A DNA stretch of 34,717 nt from a bacterium (GTDB taxonomy: Bacteria; Fidelibacterota; Marinisomatia; Marinisomatales; UBA1611). Of this stretch, positions 27,465 through 34,717 are shown piece by piece. The notes under the pieces are model-generated. The model worked only from the letters and a program-made list of their open reading frames with translations. It made no database searches and had not been told where the DNA came from. Position numbers and translations under genes: made by a program. The stretch is taken from positions 1-34,717 of the forward strand of contig JAYPIC010000016.1 of the NCBI GenBank assembly GCA_038127595.1. The letters are read 5' to 3'. The stretch's first letter is position 1. Each line of letters starts with the position of its first letter.

Positions 27465-28571
27465 ATGAAAATTGAGGAATTTGCATTAGAAAGAAATCAG
27501 TCTCTATTTGAGCACAAAGTTGACTTTAATTTATCTGAAAGTGGTCTTCATCCCCTTCCATTAAAAGAAATTTTAACTATGGAAGAGCAAAGTACACTAC
27601 TAGAAAAAGAATTAGTCTATGGACATACAAATGGTACGCCATACTTGAGAAATAACATATCAATGTTATATGATGGAGCTGAACGAGCGAACGTGCTAGC
27701 TACTTCAGGTTCAGCAGAAGCTAATTACATTGCGATAATGACAATTTTAGATCCAGGGGATGAGATTATATACATGACACCAAACTATTTACAAATAAGG
27801 GGTATTGCCAGGAATATAGGTGTTAATGTTAAAGAGCTACCATTAGAAGAAGATTTAGGTTGGCAGTGGGATATCAATAAACTTGAAAAGTTAGTATCAA
27901 TTAAAACAAAAATGATAGTCATCTGTCATCCAAATAACCCTACTGGGTCAATAGTGTCCTTAAAAAACATGAAGAATATCTTAGATATAGCCAAGAAAAA
28001 TGACTGTTGGATATTATCTGATGAGGTATATAGGGGGGCAGAATTAGATGGTGATGAATGCCCATCTTTCTTTGGTAGCTATGAAAAAACAATCGTAAAT
28101 GCAGGTTTGTCCAAAGCATATAGATTACCTGGCTTGAGAATTGGGTGGACGGTTGGGCCTGTAGATTATATTAAAAAAGCTTGGGCTCTTCATGATTATA
28201 CCTCAATAAGTATTGCTTATCACAGTGATTGGGTTGCCTCTAAGGTTCTAGAAACAAAAAGACGTAAAATGATTCTAAATGGGACTAAAGATCATTTAAA
28301 TAAAAATTTAGAGACTTTAGTTAAATGGGTTGATACATTAAATGGGAAACTAAGTATAAATAAACCTCAAGCTGGTGCTATCGCTTTTACTAAACTAAAC
28401 ATTCAACAAAGTTGTGAAGAATTAACTTACTATTTAAGGGATAAATATAGTGTCCTTCTTACTGCCGGAAAGTGGTTTGGACTTGATGGATTTATTCGAT
28501 TTGGATTTGGGCCTCCAAATGATTATTTGATTAATGCATTGAATAGAATCGAAAATGCTATAAAAAATTAA
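27465..28571 (+). CDS. Class I/II PLP-dependent aminotransferase
   Basis: HPNNPTG, DEVY, GLSKAYRLPGLRIGW. ATG 27465 follows AAGGAG/GGA. Confidence 0.92.
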   Translation: MKIEEFALERNQSLFEHKVDFNLSESGLHPLPLKEILTMEEQSTLLEKELVYGHTNGTPYLRNNISMLYDGAERANVLATSGSAEANYIAIMTILDPGDEIIYMTPNYLQIRGIARNIGVNVKELPLEEDLGWQWDINKLEKLVSIKTKMIVICHPNNPTGSIVSLKNMKNILDIAKKNDCWILSDEVYRGAELDGDECPSFFGSYEKTIVNAGLSKAYRLPGLRIGWTVGPVDYIKKAWALHDYTSISIAYHSDWVASKVLETKRRKMILNGTKDHLNKNLETLVKWVDTLNGKLSINKPQAGAIAFTKLNIQQSCEELTYYLRDKYSVLLTAGKWFGLDGFIRFGFGPPNDYLINALNRIENAIKN

Positions 28572-28573
28572 AT

Positions 28574-29359
28574 CTATAAAATTTCAGGGACGTAGTTAAA
28601 TCTTGACCTACTTGGTCTTTCGTAAGAATCTGCAGGAGTCCTTTCAGGAAGTTTAACAGTATCATGCTCAATGTCTTCGTAAGGTATTTTACTGAGAATA
28701 TGAGATATGCAATTTATTCTCGATTTCTTTTTTACATCTGATTCAACAATATACCATGGAGAAAAGTCTGTATCAGTATGCTCCATCATATTGTCTTTTG
28801 CTTTTGAATAATCTTCCCATCTATTTATCGACTCTACATCCATAGGACTTAATTTCCATACTTTAGTGGGGTCATTGATTCTACCTTCAAAACGTTTAAC
28901 TTGTTCATCAGCACTAACTGAGAACCAATATTTTAAAAGAATGATGCCTGATCCAATTAACATCCTCTCAAAATCAGGTGCTGTTTGTAAAAATTCTATA
29001 TACTCTTTATCACTACAAAAACCCATGACTTTTTCAACCCCAGCACGGTTGTACCAACTTCGATCAAAAAGGACTATTTCTCCAGCTGCTGGCAAATTTG
29101 CGACATATCGTTGAAAATACCATTGCGTTCTTTCCCTATCAGATGGTTTTGCAAGTGCTGCAACCTTGCAACTTCTAGGGTTTAGATTTTCAGTTATTCT
29201 TTTAATCGTTCCGCCTTTTCCAGCTGCATCTCTACCTTCAAAAATGATAACAACTTTTTTATCATTCTCTATCACCCAGTCCTGCATGTGAACTAGTTTG
29301 ACCTGGAGCTCTTTGATTAATTTATTATATTTTTTATTGAATTCTTTTTTTTCGCCCAT
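28574..29359 (-). CDS. ppk2: Polyphosphate kinase 2
   Basis: FEGRDAAGKGG, FDRSWYNRAGVE, WKLSPMD. Confidence 0.96.
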   Translation of the reverse strand: MGEKKEFNKKYNKLIKELQVKLVHMQDWVIENDKKVVIIFEGRDAAGKGGTIKRITENLNPRSCKVAALAKPSDRERTQWYFQRYVANLPAAGEIVLFDRSWYNRAGVEKVMGFCSDKEYIEFLQTAPDFERMLIGSGIILLKYWFSVSADEQVKRFEGRINDPTKVWKLSPMDVESINRWEDYSKAKDNMMEHTDTDFSPWYIVESDVKKKSRINCISHILSKIPYEDIEHDTVKLPERTPADSYERPSRSRFNYVPEIL

Positions 29360-29517
29360 GATGTTTCCTATATGCTTAAATAGCCACTAAAAATATAACA
29401 GAGCTTATTTAGTTGTTCAAATCCAATAATTATAAATAGATTGTATGTGCCCTTTGCGGATTTTTAGGGCTTCCACATATAAAAAAGTATTGCAATTAAT
29501 TTCTTTAAGGAAGCCAA

Positions 29518-30528
29518 ATGTTCAAAATTTGCTTAGTTACTTTAATTTATTTAAGTCTATTGCAAGGTCAATTTAACCCATGTTATGACGACCTCTACCT
29601 ATCAATGAAAGCAAAAGGCCTAAATGCTTTGACATCTAGAGAATATCATTATTTCACTCGAAAAGATGAGGAATGTTCAGAGTATAATACTTTTGATAAA
29701 AAGTATCATGATCAGTTAAACGAGATGCAGGCTGAAATTTATAGTATTGCTGAAAAAATTGGTGAATTAGACGAAGATATTAATCTCGAAAATATATATG
29801 GTCTAGGGCGCTTGAAGGCAACCGATCCTGAGCTAAGAAGCTTGGCAATTATGCAATCAAAAGATGATGATATTCGTAATGAGTTTAATACATTGTTGGA
29901 AAAGTTAATCGTTTTGAAAAAAGAAATTCAGGATGAGATAAACAAGGACACAGGCCCAACTGATTTAGTTGTCAACTCATTAACAGTTATTGATAGTTCT
30001 AATGGTGGATTTATAAAGACGATTGGAAAAGATGGGAAAAATACTGTCATGATAGGCAATCATCCATCTGGCAGTGGTAGTGTGATAACATACAACCAAG
30101 ATGGTACACCTTCTGTTCGACTTGGCTCTGATAAAAAATCTAATGGATACATGAATGTTAGAAGAAGATCTGGGAAAAATGCTCTTTACATTGGAGCAGA
30201 TGAAGATGGAAATAATGTAATCGTAAACTCAAATTCTAATGGTGACCCATCTGTTATTGCAGGGACAAACAGTGATGATAATGGATATATAAAAACGATA
30301 AACAGCCAAAATAAAAATACTACAGTTACAGGATCAAAAAACGATGGGGCTGGGTATTTAACAACCTTTAGCAATTCTGGTAATAGAACATCATTTATTT
30401 CATCTGATAGAAATGGAAATGGAATGATTGGATTGTATGATAAAGATCAAAATCTACAATATACTCAAAAAGGAGAAAAAAAAATCATACAACAAATTTC
30501 AGTAGATGATAAGAAGAAGAAAAAATAA
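29518..30528 (+). CDS. Exported protein: two-Cys N-terminal module, coiled coil and ~6.5 x 23-aa Gly-rich beta repeats
   Basis: Signal peptide ending QG-Q; helical segment; repeats at 30007..30450. Confidence 0.75.
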   Translation: MFKICLVTLIYLSLLQGQFNPCYDDLYLSMKAKGLNALTSREYHYFTRKDEECSEYNTFDKKYHDQLNEMQAEIYSIAEKIGELDEDINLENIYGLGRLKATDPELRSLAIMQSKDDDIRNEFNTLLEKLIVLKKEIQDEINKDTGPTDLVVNSLTVIDSSNGGFIKTIGKDGKNTVMIGNHPSGSGSVITYNQDGTPSVRLGSDKKSNGYMNVRRRSGKNALYIGADEDGNNVIVNSNSNGDPSVIAGTNSDDNGYIKTINSQNKNTTVTGSKNDGAGYLTTFSNSGNRTSFISSDRNGNGMIGLYDKDQNLQYTQKGEKKIIQQISVDDKKKKK

Positions 30529-30563
30529 AGTTTAAACTTAAATCTTAAACGTAATTCTCCATA

Positions 30564-31604
30564 ATGCATCCAATTGATCTTCGAAGCGATACTGTAACCC
30601 TACCTACAAATGAGATGCTAGAAGCTATCTCAAAAGCAGAACTAGGTGATGACGTTTTTCAGGAAGATCCAACGGTTAATAAACTCGAGTACTTAGCTGC
30701 AAAAACTTTTAATAAAGAATCAGCAATTTTTATGCCTAGTGGCACTATGGCTAACCTGGTTGCTATTTTGACTCATTGCCAGAGGGGAGACGAGGTAATA
30801 CTTGGAGATCAATCTCATACTTTTTTATATGAAGCTGGAGGGATTTCATCATTTGGCGGAGTTCATTCAAGGCAAATAAAAAATTATGATGACGGAACAA
30901 TGAGTTTAGAAGATATAAAAAATTCTATAAGAAAAAAAGATGTCCATTTCCCGCCATCTAGATTAGTATGTCTAGAGAATACTCATAATAGATGTTTCGG
31001 TATGCCTCTTGATATAAATTATATTAATAAAGTCTCAGAAATTGTAAAAAATAATTCAATGATGCTTCACGTTGATGGCGCTAGAATATTTAATGCTGCG
31101 GCTGCGTTAAATAAAAGTGTCGCGGAGCTAACTAGTGAGGTTGATTCAGTATCTTTTTGTCTTTCTAAGGGTTTATCTGCTCCGTCAGGATCATTACTTT
31201 GTGGTAAAAAAGAGTATATAGAAAAAGCTCGGTTTAATCGCAAGGCTTTAGGTGGGGGAATGAGACAATCTGGAATTTTAGCTGCTGCTGGAATTGTAGC
31301 TTTAAATAAAATGCCGAAAAAGATTATCAAGGATCATCAAAATGCCAGCAATCTTGCTAAAGGCTTAAATGCAATTAGTGGAATTTCAATTGACCTAGAA
31401 AAGGTTAAAACAAATATAATATATTTTAAATTAGATCACTCCAAAATAGATAGTGTTAAGCTTATTAATTCTATGTTAAAGAAAAATATTAAATTTTTCG
31501 AATTAGGTCCAAATTGGTTTACACTAGTAACCCACGCTGGAATAAATGAAGAAGATATAGAGCATGTGTTGATACAGTTTAAAGACCTTTTTTCCAAAAT
31601 TTAA
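30564..31604 (+). CDS. ltaE: Low-specificity L-threonine aldolase
   Basis: DLRSDTVT, GDDVFQEDPTV, SGTMAN, LENTHN, HVDGARIFNA, CLSKGLSAP, GGGMRQSG. Confidence 0.95.
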   Translation: MHPIDLRSDTVTLPTNEMLEAISKAELGDDVFQEDPTVNKLEYLAAKTFNKESAIFMPSGTMANLVAILTHCQRGDEVILGDQSHTFLYEAGGISSFGGVHSRQIKNYDDGTMSLEDIKNSIRKKDVHFPPSRLVCLENTHNRCFGMPLDINYINKVSEIVKNNSMMLHVDGARIFNAAAALNKSVAELTSEVDSVSFCLSKGLSAPSGSLLCGKKEYIEKARFNRKALGGGMRQSGILAAAGIVALNKMPKKIIKDHQNASNLAKGLNAISGISIDLEKVKTNIIYFKLDHSKIDSVKLINSMLKKNIKFFELGPNWFTLVTHAGINEEDIEHVLIQFKDLFSKI

Positions 31605-31619
31605 TTAAGGAAATAACAT

Positions 31620-32123
31620 TTGAGATTCCTTATTTCTATCTCATTATCGTTCATTATAAGTAATACTAATCTAGTAGCCTCTGAAAAACTATTTCCCAAT
31701 TATATAAAGGACGTTCATGGCAATGAATTATCTTTTTCAAGTTTGGCAGAAAATAAAACTGTTTGTTTAATTACATTAAAATCGATCAATTGCCCTACCT
31801 GCTTAGAACAGTTAAAAAGATTTAAAGAAAAAATTACCCAATTTCAAAAGTGTAATTTGACATTTGTTGTACTGGCATATGCAGACAATAGAAGCATAAA
31901 AGCACTTATTGAAAAAGCGGACTTTCCATTTCCTTTTATTCAAGATGTTGATTTTATGATATCAAAAAAATTTAACTTAGATGATCAACCATTTGAGCTA
32001 AGACCGGCAATTATTTTATTTAATGGGGATAGAACTATAAAATGGAAAAAGATAGGAAGGAGTAATCAATACTTTAGTGATCAAGCTATTGAAGACTATC
32101 TTGATTGTGATAATTGGATATAA
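31620..32123 (+). CDS. Exported peroxiredoxin-like/AhpC-TSA redoxin (CPTC)
   Basis: Thioredoxin-like fold, CPTC, FPFIQD, RPA. Confidence 0.75.
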   Translation: MRFLISISLSFIISNTNLVASEKLFPNYIKDVHGNELSFSSLAENKTVCLITLKSINCPTCLEQLKRFKEKITQFQKCNLTFVVLAYADNRSIKALIEKADFPFPFIQDVDFMISKKFNLDDQPFELRPAIILFNGDRTIKWKKIGRSNQYFSDQAIEDYLDCDNWI

Positions 32124-32213
32124 AAGAACATATATGCAAAATAATTTTATATAAGAGCATGAAGATAATTCTATTAAATTTTTAAAGCATAGAAAGTAAA
32201 ATAATAACTAATA

Positions 32214-32819
32214 ATGTTTGATAGCGATGTAATCAAAAAAGGAATTAATGACCAAGCTGTCTTGCAGGCGATGCGTGATGTGGACAGACGTAAATTTGTT
32301 TCTGATAAATTTTCTGATGTCGCATATGATGATCGTGCACTACCAATAGGGGAGGAGCAAACAATTAGCCAGCCTTTCATTGTAGCATTTATGACAGAAA
32401 GCTTGCAGATTGAAAAAGGGAATAAAGTACTTGAGGTGGGTACTGGTTCTGGTTTTCAGACTGCTGTTTTGAGCAAGCTAGGTGCAAAAGTTTCTACGAT
32501 AGAGATAAATAAAAAATTATTCAAAGAATCTTCAAAAAGATTAATTGATCTGGGGTATGGTGATATTTCTTTCCACCATGGAGATGGAAATAAAGGTGTT
32601 TCAGAGCAGTCCCCTTATGATCGAATATTAGTAACAGCTGCACCTGCTGAAATCCCTAGAGATTTGATTGACCAGCTTGCTATAAATGGCATAATGGTCA
32701 TTCCTGTTGGTAATCAGTCAGAAGTACAATATTTATATAGAATTAAAAAGTTAAATGATGATGAAATAACAAAGGATAAGATTCTTCCTGTATATTTTGT
32801 ACCATTATTAAAATCATAA
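32214..32819 (+). CDS. pcm: Protein-L-isoaspartate O-methyltransferase
   Basis: LPIGEEQTISQP, LEVGTGSG, PYDRILVTAA, FVPL. Confidence 0.95.
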   Translation: MFDSDVIKKGINDQAVLQAMRDVDRRKFVSDKFSDVAYDDRALPIGEEQTISQPFIVAFMTESLQIEKGNKVLEVGTGSGFQTAVLSKLGAKVSTIEINKKLFKESSKRLIDLGYGDISFHHGDGNKGVSEQSPYDRILVTAAPAEIPRDLIDQLAINGIMVIPVGNQSEVQYLYRIKKLNDDEITKDKILPVYFVPLLKS

Positions 32820-32844
32820 CACTCTTTCTAGTTACCTAGGGCTT

Positions 32845-33351
32845 TTGATGGTTAAAAATATTTTATTAGTTTTACTTTTATTTTCACCTGTTTTTGGACA
32901 AGTGATTTGGTTTGAGGGCAACCTTAAAGGAATAGATGAGTTATCATTAGAGGTAGTTATTGAATATAATGATAATACAACGTTAAAGAATAAATTGAAC
33001 CATAATGCTTTACTTCATTTGAAAAAGAACAATATAAATGTTAATAAAAAAATATTTTCACCAACATTATTAATACTTGTTGATCTAGTAAGCATTGATA
33101 AAAATAAAATACGTTCATATAACATAGATTTGAGATTAATTGACTTATTTGTCTCTAAAGAAAAATATTTAAAAAACAAATCTCAAAAAAATGTTATTTC
33201 AAAATTTAGTAAAGGCATTATCTATCAAGATAACGTTCTTGGCCAATCATCTAGTGAAGAATTAAGTATGAATATTGAAGAAACTTTAGATCAATTATTA
33301 AAATCATTTTCTAAATCGTGGTACAAGGATAATCCAACAAAACTTTTCTAG
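32845..33351 (+). CDS. Hypothetical exported protein
   Basis: Signal peptide ending VFG-Q; the start is probably ATG 32848. Confidence 0.7.
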   Translation: MMVKNILLVLLLFSPVFGQVIWFEGNLKGIDELSLEVVIEYNDNTTLKNKLNHNALLHLKKNNINVNKKIFSPTLLILVDLVSIDKNKIRSYNIDLRLIDLFVSKEKYLKNKSQKNVISKFSKGIIYQDNVLGQSSSEELSMNIEETLDQLLKSFSKSWYKDNPTKLF

Positions 33352-33467
33352 TATAATTGTACTTTTCAATATTTTGATCCTTTTTCATTGGCAAAACATG
33401 TGCCTGAGAAATATAGAGTGCATTAGTATAGTAAGTTATCTGTCAGTGCTGTGTAATTTTACTATCT

Positions 33468-34717
33468 ATGAATAATGAAATTGATAAAAAATCCCGTCTT
33501 AAAGTTTTTTTAAATAATCCTTCTAAAGCTTTATGGTCTTTAGCAGTACCTATAATGTTTGGTATGGGCATTCAAACATGCTACAACCTTGTAGATATGA
33601 TATTTATCGGAAAGCTTGGAGGAGATGCAATAACAGGCATTGCATTTAATATGCCTCTTTTTTTCTTAGTGCTTGGATTAACTATGGGGCTTGGCACTGG
33701 AGTTACTTCGGCTATTGCGCGATTCATTGGTGAGGAAAATAAAAAACAGGCTGATAATTGTGCAGAGCATGCTGTTTTTATGGCTGTTATAATCAGCATA
33801 ATATTATCATCAATTGGATTATTATTTGGGAAGGAAATTCTATCTTTGTTTGGTGCAGAGGGTAATATTTTAAATTTAGGCTGGGAGTATCTACATGTAA
33901 TGTGTGTAGGAATGCCTTTCATGATCTTCTCGGGATTTTTTAGATCAATCCTCTCAGGTGAGGGTGATATGAAGTTTCCAATGATGGTTGCAGGGTTAGG
34001 CACAATATTAAATATCATTCTTGATCCAATTTTCATATTTGATTTAGAAAGTTTTGGAGGGTTCGGTTTTGGGCTAGGAATTGCTGGTGCTGCTATTGCT
34101 ACGGTTATTAGTCAAGTAGTGGTTTTCATTGTTTTTATTTTCATGTTATTTTTTAAAAACCATTCTTATATATCATTCAATCTAAGTGATTTCACCTTTT
34201 CGACTGATATCATATGGGATATTATTAAAGTAGGTCTACCTGCCTCATTATCTATGATCGTTATGGCAGTAGGGCAGGGAGTGTTTAATAAAATACTTGT
34301 TCATATTTCTGTTAATACAGTGGCTGCTTATCAAGTCGCGGGGAGGTTAGATATGCTTGTCTTTCTCCCGATCTTTTCAATTGCCGCATCTTTAACTACA
34401 CTAGTTGGTATGTTTTACGGTGCTAAAGAGTACGGGGCATTGAGGTATATCATTAAATATGGTATCTTTTCTGCGCTACTGATAACAATAATATCATCTA
34501 TTATTGTTTATACTTTTGCTGGACATGTTGTAAGATTTTTTACGGATGATGCAGCTATCGTCACCATTGCGATTAACTTTTTACAAATTTTTGCATTTGC
34601 ATATCCTTTTATTGCGGTGGGTATAACTACTGGTAGAGTTTTACAAGGACTTGGGAAAGGCCTACCCGTATTGATAATAACTATTGTGAGGGTACTTGGC
34701 GTTTCTGCTCCTCTAGC
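33468..34717 (+). CDS. MATE family efflux transporter (3' end beyond the window)
   Basis: Not in the track. ATG 33468: MNNEIDKKSRLKVFLNNPSKALWSLAVPIMFGMGIQTCYNLVDMIFIGKLG...LNIILDPIFIF...GIAGAAIATVISQ.... Confidence 0.93.
   Translation, partial: MNNEIDKKSRLKVFLNNPSKALWSLAVPIMFGMGIQTCYNLVDMIFIGKLGGDAITGIAFNMPLFFLVLGLTMGLGTGVTSAIARFIGEENKKQADNCAEHAVFMAVIISIILSSIGLLFGKEILSLFGAEGNILNLGWEYLHVMCVGMPFMIFSGFFRSILSGEGDMKFPMMVAGLGTILNIILDPIFIFDLESFGGFGFGLGIAGAAIATVISQVVVFIVFIFMLFFKNHSYISFNLSDFTFSTDIIWDIIKVGLPASLSMIVMAVGQGVFNKILVHISVNTVAAYQVAGRLDMLVFLPIFSIAASLTTLVGMFYGAKEYGALRYIIKYGIFSALLITIISSIIVYTFAGHVVRFFTDDAAIVTIAINFLQIFAFAYPFIAVGITTGRVLQGLGKGLPVLIITIVRVLGVSAPL

Noticed and set aside
31620..32123. 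Second selenoprotein in the peroxiredoxin-like gene
   Set aside because: The CPTC motif is encoded by TGC codons and there is no in-frame TGA.
4165..32380. Short opposite-strand track ORFs (4165, 6507, 8619, 9156, 14541, 15944, 18802, 19198, 21491, 21890, 23379, 25919, 27016, 27099, 28866, 30186, 31067, 32174)
   Set aside because: All lie antisense to well-supported genes and show no recognisable motifs.
33352..33467. Short minus-strand frame MHSIFLRHMFCQ-TGA as possible Sec read-through
   Set aside because: No SECIS-like hairpin or RBS was seen, and the continuation runs antisense into the upstream gene.
33581..34036. Track ORF of 151 aa on the - strand
   Set aside because: Antisense shadow of the MATE transporter.

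Overview
Low-GC bacterial chromosomal window, densely coding in the standard genetic code. It looks like a marine FCB-related lineage such as Marinimicrobia; this is an inference from signal peptides cleaved before Gln, a T9SS/FlgD-like C-terminal tail, a photolyase and general gene style. Most genes are housekeeping or accessory: photolyase, deacetylase, Nudix, yidD, cysS, HIT, NatAB-like ABC transporter, GH20, ppk2, ltaE, pcm and a partial MATE. The ORF track misses or truncates several genes. The main find is that the 235-aa minus-strand ORF at 6857..7564 is the 3' part of a 339-aa frame starting at ATG 7876. That frame has a signal peptide followed directly by Q-TGA-A-L-TGA-G and a bacterial SECIS-like hairpin 11 nt after the second TGA. 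It is a candidate double-selenocysteine (UxxU) outer-membrane beta-barrel protein with a His-rich loop, divergent from a TauE/SafE permease across a structured intergenic region. Other hidden features are a partial 7-repeat FG-GAP-like propeller surface protein, a CxxCH cytochrome c with a secretion-type tail and no canonical start codon, a DoxX gene broken by one in-frame TAA, a 30-aa membrane micropeptide, a 23-aa-repeat fibre-like protein, and a dehydratase / imine-reductase / aminotransferase operon near a threonine aldolase. No rRNA, tRNA, CRISPR array or mobile element was recognised.
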